Source: Cenococcum geophilum
Taxonomy: Eukaryota
Length of the DNA stretch: 64,000 nucleotides
Direction: 5' to 3'
NCBI GenBank assembly: GCA_050273025.1
Contig: CP158635.1
Span: 25,668,001-25,732,000 of the forward strand
Made by a program: the position numbers and the translations under genes. The notes below the pieces were generated by a model. It ran no database searches and was not told where the DNA came from. It saw only the letters and a list, made by a program, of their open reading frames with translations. Within the stretch, counting starts at the first letter, position 1, and every line of letters starts with the position of its first letter. Below are positions 53,100 to 64,000 of this stretch, one piece after another.

Positions 53100-55645
53100 G
53101 TACTAAAGGGTCAGCATAGGATTCTTGTATAGGTAAGGCGACTTACCTAGCGGTGCCTCTTAATTGGATGCCATACGCCATGTATAAGGGCTGCGTGATT
53201 TTTAAAATGCTTAAGTCCTTTAATCCACTCTAAGCAATAAGGATGCTTATAGTAGAACCCCTACCTAAATACTCCTTCTATAGCGTAATTATTAAGATGC
53301 TTTTATAGTGTATCCTTCTTTATAAATAGGCGGGTCTGCCTTAGCGTTAAGAGTTAGTTATTGCCGATACAGATAAGGTAAATAAGATTAGTAAACGTTA
53401 TAGGATACGGTAGCTATATTATTTTAATACTCCGCGTCTTATCTAGGTTTTCTTAAAAAGGCAAGTCTAAGCTAATCTATTCTTTTTACCGCTTTACCTA
53501 TTAATAGGTACCAGTATTGGCGTCACTTACACCTCTTTTTACGCCTATTATACTTTAGTCTACTTTAAACCTAAGTTAAAATCTAATAGCCTTACTTGGG
53601 ATCCCATTCTACTAACTCTCTTATTAATTATAATACTTAACGAGATTACGGATAAACTTTATATAGAGTTTTATAGCGTGTCCTTCTTTAAGCTTATTTA
53701 GCAGCTAAGATAGTAGTTTGGCAATAGCAGCATGTTTGTGAAATTTATACTATATAGCTAAACGGGTGGGAATTTCCGTCCCAACGCTACTACTAAGCTA
53801 TCTTTTAATATTGTGATTGTTAATAGCGTTATAAAAATTAAGAATGACCTAGTCCTCTTTTTATTTGCGTAGGACGTTTATAATACTATAAAGTTTATGT
53901 CTAGCTTTGTCGTAACGGTTATATAGTTTTGTTTCCTTCGCGGTGTTAATAGGGTAATATCTCTGGCTCCTAATTTTTTGCTTATATTGCTCTCGTTTCT
54001 TATAAAGCTGTAGAATATTAGGGTATTAATTAAGTTCTAGCTGGAATTTAAGCTTTTACTTATTAGTTAGACCTATAGGGGCCCGCTCGTCCCTTAAGAT
54101 CCCTATTTATATGGTATATTAGATAAGGTTATCCTATAATAGAGTTTTAAAGTAGATTAACTGGAAATCGCGCTTAATTAAATTAGGTAAATAAAACCGT
54201 TAGTAGGTATTGCTGTAATAACCTATTATTTAATTTCGCTCTTTTAGAGTAAGGGTGCCTAGAAAACTTAGTTAATATATATACTTATATTAAATTAGAT
54301 ATTTACTATTTAATTTCCTTCCAGACGCTTGTCGCAGCTAGTAAAATTTAAGCGATTTTTTAAACCTGGCTACTCGGCCTAACTATATATAGTAATCGCG
54401 GCATTTCTAATAAGGGAATGCTTTGGTGTCCAACACTCCCCTATAACCAGCCATTATCTTAATATCTTAAAAGATGGGTCGTTTCTCTATCTTCTTCTTA
54501 AACTTCACTTTAAGACACTCTTTTTTTGCTAGAATTTTAAGTCTAAAAATCTCTTCCGGTGAAGTGTAATGGCGTTAAAATGCATTATCTGTAATGGTAA
54601 GGCTTATGAGATAGGATAGGATATAAAAAGCTAGGATGCTTTTAAAACGGAAAATAAACCTCTTACTATAGGTCTATTAGCACTATTCGCGCCATCTTTA
54701 ATTAATATCGCTATATACCGTCTACCTATGCCTTTAGAATTCTTAATATATATAAGACTTATAAGGGCGACAGTTGTAGTTTAATTAAAGTTTTTTATAT
54801 TATAAACTTTTAGGATTATAATATGTTTATATAAAAGCGCTTTATTAGAGCCTCTTATGCTTAAACTTTTAATAAGAGCTTAGGGTCTTATTGCCATAGC
54901 ACTAGAGAGGAGGAGGATTGCTCCTATCTGCACTTAAAAACAACTATAATAAGGCTTTACGTCTATTGTTTAATGGGTATTAATAATTGTATATAAGTCC
55001 TATATATATATAGTATCCTTTTCTTTCTTTAACGTGTCTAGCTTATATATTAGCGTTAAGTAGGTTAGGATCTACTATAACAAATCAGCTAGGATTTTTT
55101 TTTTGAAAAATTAAAGATTACCCATATCTTATATATTAAGTTCTACGCTATTATTTATACTATAGCCTGCTATATCTATAAATTTGCATAGTATTTGTCT
55201 CTAGTACGCCTAAATCGTGCTTTCCTTCTTAATTTAAGAATTCTTTACGCGCTATTTAAGGTATGTTTTAAACGTGTCGACTACGCACTAATAAAGGGCC
55301 TCGGTTGGGTTAGACTTAACTTTTAGGTAGAACCTAAGTATAAATCGTTAGTATTATAAGGTAAATTTTAGTTTAAATATAAACAAACTTTTCTTAATTT
55401 TAGAACTTACGCTTAATAAAAGAAGTAGACTAGGGCTTCCGTTTTAACTTTGCCCTTCCTTAGTCCTTATAATATATAATCCTCTACTGTAAATATTCCC
55501 CCTTAGAATTGGCGTCTTCCCTAGCTCTAGAGTTAGAGCTTAAATCTAAGTCCGAAGCTGGCTTAAAATAAGACGGCTTACCTAGTTCGGAGTCTAAGCT
55601 AAAGGCTAGATCTATATTTCGCCATTTCTTACTTTAAGAAGGTAT
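53100..55645 (-). pseudogene. Starship captain tyrosine recombinase (DUF3435), RIP-inactivated, several introns
   Basis: Minus de-RIP: 'KEKDAMY.QDLY.II', 'VQIGAILLLS.A.A.RP.ALI', 'KRFIFRFESIPAFCILSHLISLAIADDAF', 'RPIFRD', 'AFPYQK.RD...RLGRVAGFEKSLEFYQLRQASGRKLN', 'LTPEERNQMMGH....YQRFYLP.LIERDFQSIYF' (His/Tyr catalytic region ~54255-54155), 'RDERAP..L', C-terminal 'CLICIGD...RKDTLRKHL..H...CKHP.C......HF.NHAALVHG'. Confidence 0.92.
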
Positions 55646-56233
55646 AGTAGTTAAACGCGTAGTATTTTAGTGCTTTAGTAGCTGCCAGTTTCCTATACGC
55701 AGAAGCTAGCTTAAGAGCGACTACTGTTAATAGGAACGCTAAAAAAGGCTTTACGGGAGATTGGCGTTCTTAAAAGCGGGATAGGGCAAAAAAAACCCTA
55801 TAGGTAGAAACCTAGAAATTGAGTATTAAAAGTGAACGATATAATAGCAGGGGAAAATGTATACGTAGCTATTATAGGAAAAGGGTTAAAGGAGCGTAGT
55901 ATAAAAGGGAGGTTTCGTTATATAAGGGTAGTGCTTTTAGTAGAGGATAAGGATAAAGGTAGGCGGCGGACGTCTATAGCTTCTTAAATAACGTTAGCCG
56001 CTAAGGGCCGTTTAGGGAGCTTTAAGAGGTGCGTTACAGGGCTATACGCACGATTCTAGGTTTGGTGGGTGAGTAAGGGAGACCCTGCCGTCTTTGGCAT
56101 GCTTAGCATGTTGCAAAAGCGGTGATAGATATAGGTCTAAGCGAGGAGAAACTGCCTCCTAAAACGGGGGGGAGGAACCTCCAAATCCGGCTGCGTCTTC
56201 CCTAACAATAAGATTCTAGTAGTAATTACAAAG

Positions 56234-56560
56234 TAAGTGTAATACATTACTGTCTACTAGAAGTATTACCTATTATATATTAAGCACTTTATAGTAATAG
56301 AGTCCGTACGTATAAATATAGGCTAGCTCTTTAACTCTAATGGCGCGTATATCTACCGACTTTATATAATAATAAGAAATATAGTAATACCTATAATAAG
56401 TATAATACATTACCATTTACTAGAAATACCACCTGTTATATAGTAAATACTTTATAGTAATAGAGCCCGCACGTATAGATGTAGGCTAGCCCTTTAACTC
56501 TGGCGGCGTATATATATACTAACTCTATATAATAATAAGAAATATAGTAACGCCTATAAC
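56234..56560. repeat. Two direct copies of a 163-bp unit immediately outside the captain-proximal Starship boundary
   Basis: TAAGTRTAATACATTAC at 56234 and 56397; differences are mostly transitions. Confidence 0.9.
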
Positions 56561-56620
56561 CTCCTACAGTCTACTATACTGTAATAACTAGTTACCTCTT
56601 TATAGGCACTTAATAAATTG

Positions 56621-56707
56621 CTTATATTAAAAACTATAAGAGTTTAGCAGTATTAGACCGCCACCTAGCCCTAAATAGGCTGGGTAGGGTAGTCCCTATA
56701 AGTTATA
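56621..56707 (+). promoter_or_regulatory. Upstream block of the SNF2 helicase gene, inverted homologue of 27201-27294
   Basis: Same alignment; lies ~200 bp before the SNF2 start. Confidence 0.6.
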
Positions 56708-56914
56708 TAATTGTGCCCTTATTTAACTATATAGTACTAAATCTAGCTATATTTACTCTAACTAGTAGCAGTAAACTATAGCCAATTTCACCTCTATATA
56801 GGTATGTGTGGGTAATTATAAGATCTACCTTTTTACCTCTTCTTAATTAACTTTACTTATTCTACCTTTTATCTCTCCTATAACTAACCTCTAACTACGT
56901 CTAATACTAAAGTT

Positions 56915-59900
56915 ATGCTAGTATAGCGCTAGCCAGCTACCGTACGAAGCCCTCCTACTTTAATAGTTACCTTCTACTTAATATATACTGTAATATTGTA
57001 TATACCTAACTAAATAAGCGACTTAATAATAATGTAACTATAGGTAAAGCCGGACGCGTGGTATAAGGCGAACCTAAAGCTAACTAAAAATATAAATATT
57101 GCCTAAGGCTTTAGAATAAGTATTGAAAACTATAATAGACTAAAAGAGAAGGTTAAAGATGTTATAATTAAAGTTAAGCCTAAGTACGTAATATATCGCG
57201 GCAACTTTATAATAATAAAAGAAGGGCACATTAAGGAGTTTTATAAGTAACTCCTGTAATTTACTAATGCTTTACCGGATTAGAAACTATAGGTAATTCT
57301 AAAAATTATAGGAAGTGCTTATTCTAATTATATAAGGAGGGTATTAAGTACCTCTAAAAGTGGGCATGCTCTATATAAATATATATCACCCCTAAAGACT
57401 AAAGCACAAAATAAGATAACGCTACCTTAGCTACTATATACAACACAGCCTATAGATATTACTATAACCCCACTATATAGTATCCCTTCGCCTTAGCTAG
57501 TAACCCTAGTAGTAAGTAACGTAATTAATATAGGAGATATTGAGATTAAAATCTAATCTATAGGCTTAACGGGTAGTCTAAGTCTTATATCTAATAAGCA
57601 GAAACCTATATATAACTCTAGGTAAGCTATAGGAGGAACTGCGAGCCTATATAGAGCTTAATATTAACGGTCCGCCTAAAAAGAACATCTATATATTGCT
57701 ATAAAGATATAAAAACCTTATAATATGGTTAGAGGGCATACTTATTATAGCTTTTAGCGAAATAGCGCGAAATGGCATAAAGGAGGCCGTACTTATAGTA
57801 TTACTCTTACCTCCTAGCTTAAACTCCTAAATCGCTGCCACTAATAATATACCGCTAGCTATCGAATCTAAGGCGCTTAAACGTGATAGATGCAGCGTAA
57901 AAGACAGCTAGTAAGTCTTAACGCCGCGTAAGGCTAGCGGTAAGAGTAAATTAGAAGAAGGTAAGAAGTAAAGTTATTTAGGATTAGCAGTATATAGCTC
58001 TAATAAAGATAGTAAGGGCGAGTCTATTAGATATAAGAAATCGAATAATAGTAAAACTAAATCAGGTAGATATAATAAGTAGCCTTAACTAAAATTGGTA
58101 ATAAGTGCCCTAGCAAAGGATAATAAAAACAAGCCGGCCACGCCTAGGAAGTTAAATAGTTATAAGGCCAACCCAAATAGAAGCAGGAAACGCCCTTAAG
58201 TAGAATTAGCGGTAGGCACCCTTATAGAAAACAGTAATAATGAGCTAGTTGTGCGCAGAAGGCGATTAGTAAAGGAAAGATATAACCCATCTACCTATAA
58301 GCCTATATTAGTGAGTAATAGTGGTACTAGAGAAATTACTATAGATAATAGTAAATTGCTGTAATCTATTACTAAACCTAAAGGTATATACTAGCCTAAT
58401 AATATAATAGATAACCCTACTACTATATTACTAACTGTTAATATCCCTTAAGATATTACCGTAAAGGATAGTAAATTGCCGCAACGTGCCGGTGGACATA
58501 ATAATTAGTTTTTATATTACACTAACTCTAAGAACACGGAAAGTAGAGATAAAGATAAGAATTTAGTTAATAATAGCAACTAAGATAAGGATTTAGTTAA
58601 TAATAACGACTAAAACATAGATATAGAGGAAGAACTTAACTAGTAAACTTTCTTAGCCTAGCTTTATAAGGCTAAGAAGGATAACCTAAATAGTGTACTA
58701 GCGTATATAATAGAGGTGGATCTTCTACTTACTCTAGAGTATTTCCTACTTGTCTTATTAAAAGTACTTTTTAAAACCGCCCTAATCGAACTCCCTAATT
58801 AGGGCCTCGTATTAGGCTTTAAATTTAGCTTATACTAAGTAGTGTGTATAGCTTAGGTATTTAAGCAAAAGAGGATAATTAAAGGAGGCGGTATTTATGT
58901 AAATAAACCTAGCGCGGGCAAAACTATATAAATAATTACTTAATAGCTAATAAACTACTTTTATTATTAGAACGTAATAGATATTTAAGAGGCCCAAGCT
59001 ACTAGGGATATAACCTACTACCTACCTAAGATATATCCACCGGATTTAAAATATCTATAGGTAGTAAAGCAGCCGATTATATGCTACTGCAAAGACAACC
59101 TTAAGAAGCTATACCCTATAGACTTACAGTAAGGCTACTTAGTTGTCCTTATGCCGACCTTAGGCCTACTAGGATTCCTAAAGGACGTAAGTATAATATT
59201 ATAAGACGGCGCGATTATAAAGCGCCCTAACCCGCCCTAGATTACAATTCTTACCCCTAGCTACAATAAAGTTAAGATATTTAGTAAACTAAAAAAGAAT
59301 AAATAGCTGTAAATCTATAAGGCTTTTAAGTGGACCAATAAGGAATAATAGGAGAATAATAATAATATATATCTAGTTAGTAAGGCTCTCCTATTATACC
59401 TATAGGGTAAAGCTAGGTTTAAGAATAATTATAGCCCTACCCCTAATATAACGGAACTATTAGCGTTAAAATACTTAATCCAATTCCTTCTAATTACTAC
59501 GCGAAATTATATTACTATACAACTAATACGCGGGTTTATTACTATATAAACTAATATATAGAAATACCTAAATAGCTAATCCCCTAGAACGTATTAGAAA
59601 TTAAAGAGTGTAATATAGGTTAGGCGTATCCTCTAGGATAAATGCCACCTAGACGTAACTAGTAGAGTATTAATGTCGTTTATTAAGGATATAGTTAAGG
59701 AGTACTATATCGCGTATAATCGCAGCCCTACTATATAGGGTGTATCTAGCATGCCTAATAACGGAAACCTAATATAACTAATACGGTTTATTATGGTAGG
59801 ATTAAAGAGGCTAGAGTAGGAAAAAGCTAATAAGCTAAAGGGAACGGAGTTTAAAGTACTGCTTAAGCTTAAAGAAGAAAACATCTAGCTAATGAAGAAG

Positions 59901-61019
59901 GAATTTAACCATTTTTATAAGGATGTAAAGACCAACCTAGCCAGAGTAATAGTAAATAGGAAATTCGGCAAACTAGCTATATTTTTCCGTATAGTTATTC
60001 TAACGTTTTAGATATATAGAGGGAAGTTAACACTCTAGTTTAACTAGTAAAAGCTTATTCTAAAGAATAGCTATCTTAAATTAGTTACGTTATAGGCTAA
60101 CCCTAATAATACTAAGGTGGCTATAATTATAGCTATAGAGGACTAAGTAAGGATAGAGTAAAGGCGCTAATATAAGGAACTTCTAGCCATATAGGAGGAA
60201 GATGGCAGCAATTTAAATACTAAACTTAAGATACCAAAACTTACCTAAGCCGAGTTATACACCAACGTGAAAACGGCAGTAAGCGTAGCTTAGGTTATCT
60301 AATACTGGGACCAGTATACCCCTATTATAATTAAGTCTAATAAGTTTAATAAGTTTAATAATAAACGCTTAAAAACTTAGAGTTGCATACTTAAGGACCT
60401 AATTATTGCTAAATAAACTACTAACCCGCTTAATAAGGAGTTCACTAATATACTTAACTACTATTTTTAATAGAATGTAAAGTTCTTTTAAGCTAAAAAA
60501 ATCTATAATTACGTTTATATTAAAAAACGAACGGATAGTTTAGCGTATAAGATTATTATTATTACTCGCTTACCTCTTATACTAGCTTATTGGTTTAATA
60601 GGCTATATAAAGAATATGGTAAAAATAAGGTGCTCCGCTATATAGCTAGTATATTCAATATTAAAAAGGCTAAGGCTAGGCAAACCTTTAACACTAATAA
60701 CTCTAAGTAGATCCTACTTTATACCTTTATATTAATTAGGCTGTCTATTAACCTATAGCGCGTAAATTACACTATTATAGTTAAGCTAAGCCATAAGCTC
60801 TTAGAGGTAAAGTAACTATTTACTTAGATAAATTAATAAGGATAGACTAAGCCTATCTACTATAGTACTATTATAGCTAATTAGAAGTTAAGTATTGAGT
60901 AAAGGATATTAAAGTTAACTAAATTTACGTTGTTACTGTATAAGTTAGTATATAAGGAGAAGGCTAATTTAAGCTTAAAAGTAGGTTAAGGCAAAAAGGA
61001 AGACACCAAGACTATTTAA
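56915..61019 (+). pseudogene. SNF2-family (SF2) helicase-like protein with long low-complexity N-terminus, RIP-inactivated
   Basis: 'GGIY.DEPGAGKT' (~58887-58926), 'LVVLMP', 'RIL.DECH' (~59624-59648), 'WGVSG.P' (~59735-59757), helicase-C 'LIGLSINLQR.NHTIIVEP' (~60733-60790). Confidence 0.82.
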
Positions 61020-61538
61020 TACTAGTAATAATTGTAAGAGTATAATATAACTATAGATAGTTCTAAATACTATATATAGCCGCTATATAGCGAAACCTAT
61101 TATAATTATATAGTGGCGTATATATAGGCTAAGGGATATATCTTCTAGTAACTTATAGGTAGTAGCGTAGCGTATATAGTAAACTTAGTTAACTAAAATA
61201 TTTCTAATATTATTATTTCTAAGAGAGTATTAAGCTGCAGCTTACAGCACTTTTATTATTAAGGTAGCGTTTAGCCACAAATTACAGCATTATTATTAGC
61301 GGTGTAGTATATAGCCGCAAAATATAACTAAATACGTCTAAATGCTAAAATTGCTTAATTAGCATAAACCTAATTTAAGATATTAGTAAATTTTTTTTAT
61401 AATACCGCCCCGCCCCCTATACTTACTAATATTAATATAATATATATAAAATATAAAATATTAAATTTTTATTAATAATATTAAATTTATAAAAATTATA
61501 CATTTTTATATGCTTAGTAATTGTATAATTACAGTACC

Positions 61539-61790
61539 TGTTATACCAACCGCGTGCTTACGCGTTCGATACACTAAGTACGCGTTTACGCGTTTAGTGT
61601 ACCCACTCGCTTACATGTCTAGTGCACTCCTAAAACACTGGCTAGTTAGGGGGGAGGTGCGTTAGTATATAGACCACGTAGCCTACCTTAATAGAATTAA
61701 CAGTTACCACTATCCCAAAGAGCATACGATACTATACGTATTTCGTGCCCCGGGATACAACTCACTCGTGCTATTAAGTTAGTATAAACA
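61539..61790 (+). repeat. 5' LTR of a Copia element (~252 bp)
   Basis: Starts TGTTATAC, ends GTATAAACA; sharp compositional change at 61539; precedes gag. Second LTR is outside the window, so unconfirmed. Confidence 0.65.
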
Positions 61791-64000
61791 CTAATCAGTA
61801 AGCGCGCACAGATCAGCAATCACTTAATACCTCCCCCGAGCGATACACGACAGCGACCACCCGTTTAATCCTAGTACGACCTATAGGAAGGTTGGAAGGT
61901 AAAGGATTACAGACCTATTACCAACTCTATATACTTGTTTAAGTCTTAATACGGTTTACTAGAAGTTTATAAACGCGAATATAGACCTTTATAGAAACCC
62001 CTACCCTTCTACAAACCATTACGGACCTATTAATTACCTTTATAGACCGTTATAAGACCTTACGGAAACCCCTACCCTTCTACAAACTACTACGGACCTA
62101 TTAATCGCCTTTACAGACCACTACAAGACCTCTTCCACCCGCTACGTACTATACTACACTATACAGTATAGCAGACATTAGTAAGCAAATTAATAAAGGT
62201 TAAGAGAAGTAGAGTTAGGGAGTCAACCTTACATCTATAACCAACGTTAATAACTACATTAAATTTAAAATCCTTAAATACGGACACTATAAGCTTTTAA
62301 ACAATAATATATGGAAGCAATATAAAGAAGACTTTGTAGACTTTACGGAAGATACTTTTAAGGCTTATAGCATTATACCTATCCGTAACCTACGAACCCT
62401 TTTACGTTACTAAGGTATATGGGTTAAAAAGGATAGGCGAGTCACTATTGCACGGTCTCTATATAATACACTACGTAAGGAGGACTAAACGGAATAAACT
62501 AAAGAGCAGATCCTAGACCACATCAAAACCAGCGGACTCTTTGCCTCTTTTAAACTTAATAGGATCTCTAGTCTTATTAATAACCCATTTAACTAAGTTT
62601 GTCCTATAAACCCAAGCAGCTTCGGAATTAATCTTATAGGCTAAAGCATACCCAGTACTTAAGTTACGGACTGTAATACCCCTACAACCCAAATTATGGA
62701 CCGCAATACCCCTATAAACCAAAATACGGACCAAACCCCTTCTATTATTCAAGTCACAGATCCGTAAGCTATATATCCGTAAACTATATATCCGCAAGCC
62801 ATATATCCGCAAGTTACAGATCTATAGGCCACCTAAGTAAAGACCTATAGTAAGGAGCTAGTAAACCTAGCTAAGCTCTATACCGATGAATTTAAGTACA
62901 GCAGTAAAAACGATAACTTTAACTTTAAACTAACTATCTTTACAGACCTCTACTAGAAGGCTGATATTCCTAAACAGGAATTTAGCCAAGCCTACTCTAC
63001 TATACTACGCGGCCTAGTACTTAACCACTACTACACCAACCTTAAGAGTAACCCCCTTAGTGTTCCCTTTAATAAGCTATACGAAGCTACCCGTAACTAC
63101 TTTAAAGGACTGGAATATAAGCGTAATATCCTTATCTAATAGAATGCAACTAAGCTACGGACTGTAATTAACAAGAATACTAAAAAATCGACTATAGAGT
63201 GCCTGTAAATTCTTATTAAAGACCTCCGGCACCTATAGCACGGCTTTAACGCTAAGCTTTAAACAGACGACTTCCTGTATAATAATCTTATTACGGCCTA
63301 CTAGGAAGTAGAGCCTTATAAGTACGCCTACTACAAACCTATAGATACCTTAGCTGGCCTTATTAATAATCTACGCTCCTCTATTATAACGTACAAAGTC
63401 TTAAACCCACTAGGTAGTACTTAAGGCTTTATTACAAATATTTAATATCCGTAAATAGACTTAGACGTCTACTTTACGGACCGCCGCTACCGCTAGCAGC
63501 ACCCGTACCGACCAAGTCCTACCCGTAACCCCTATAGCAACCCCTATATAAAAATATACCCCTATAGATAAACTAGCCTAAAGTGCTTTATATGCGGTAA
63601 GGAAGGATATTAGTCTATAAGGCATACCTAGGAAGAACGTAATAAGTCTAGGAAGAGACTTAATAGCCGTATTAACCAGTTTATTTTAGAATACAAAGGA
63701 GAGGAAGTAGAAGAGCCCCCTAATAAGTTAATAGAAGCCCTTATAATTAACTTTAACTTAGACACTTAGAAATAAGAGACCTTAGAGACATTTTTAACCA
63801 CTTTTAGACCTTTTACGGATAGCTAAGCCTTTAATATTATGACCGTATTAGCCGACCGTTCCTTTATACACTTAGTTACGCCTAAAAACTATTCCGTAAG
63901 TACTCCCGTTACGGACGTTATAAATTATAAGTAGGACCTATTTGCATATATTACTACAAAGCGCTATACCCCTAAGGAATTCTATGGTGTTATAATCGAT
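61539..64000 (+). mobile_element. Ty1/Copia LTR retrotransposon, 5' part (LTR, leader, gag, start of protease), moderately RIPed
   Basis: 'ELANLAKLYTDE.KYSGENDNFDFKLTIFTDLCQKA' (~62855-62960), knuckle-like 'KCFICGKEGCWS.RH' (~63581-63625), protease onset 'FYGV.ID' at the window end. Confidence 0.88.

Larger units (their letters stand above)
27430..56237 (-). mobile_element. Starship giant transposon (~29 kb), RIP-inactivated; boundaries provisional
   Basis: DUF3435 captain is the first gene, ~600 bp inside the right boundary, followed by cargo relics. Flanks are the mutually homologous upstream regions of two helicase genes. Candidate TTAC-type repeats (GTAA on plus) at 56222/56233/56239 and 27403/27426(ATAAG)/27479; 11-bp inverted repeat TACTACTAGAA 27441-27451 vs 56214-56224. 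Confidence 0.72.

Noticed and set aside
14675..62812. Remaining short ORF-track entries
   Set aside because: Mostly antisense or off-frame to RIPed genes, with I/L/Y/N-rich RIP composition; 30895-31194 is a stop-free piece of the Myb pseudogene.
1..64000. Alternative genetic code (TAA/TAG read-through) explaining the many in-frame stops
   Set aside because: Stops replace both Gln and Trp codons and come with pervasive missense transitions in conserved motifs (e.g. GAT->AAT, GGT->AGT), which is RIP rather than recoding.

Overview
Filamentous-ascomycete (Pezizomycotina-type) repeat compartment almost wholly destroyed by repeat-induced point mutation (RIP: TpA excess, CpA/TpG loss, CAG/CAA/TGG codons turned into stops). 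No intact gene is visible and the supplied ORF track is essentially spurious. Protein calls below come from my manual translation with RIP-type changes (T->C, A->G) reverted by eye, so coordinates are approximate unless a terminus is quoted. Left to right: a Helitron RepHel gene split by a 1.77 kb TIR element; a Copia gag fragment split by a Crypton; a NACHT-WD40 (HET-E-like) NLR; a Plavaka-type transposase plus a second ORF; an unknown ORF; a 2x zinc-knuckle + Upf1/DNA2-NAM7-like SF1 helicase; an approximately 29 kb Starship on the minus strand (DUF3435 captain at ~53.1-55.6 kb; cargo relics include BTB/POZ, FunK1 kinase, Myb/SANT and several unknown ORFs, plus a nested deleted hAT); a SNF2-like helicase; and the 5' part of a Copia element. 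Most interesting: the Starship sits between the two divergently oriented helicase genes, whose upstream regions share a ~90 bp inverted homologous block. Removing the Starship restores a head-to-head SF1/SNF2 helicase module, which may itself be cargo of a large Plavaka-type transposon (~13.8-61.4 kb).
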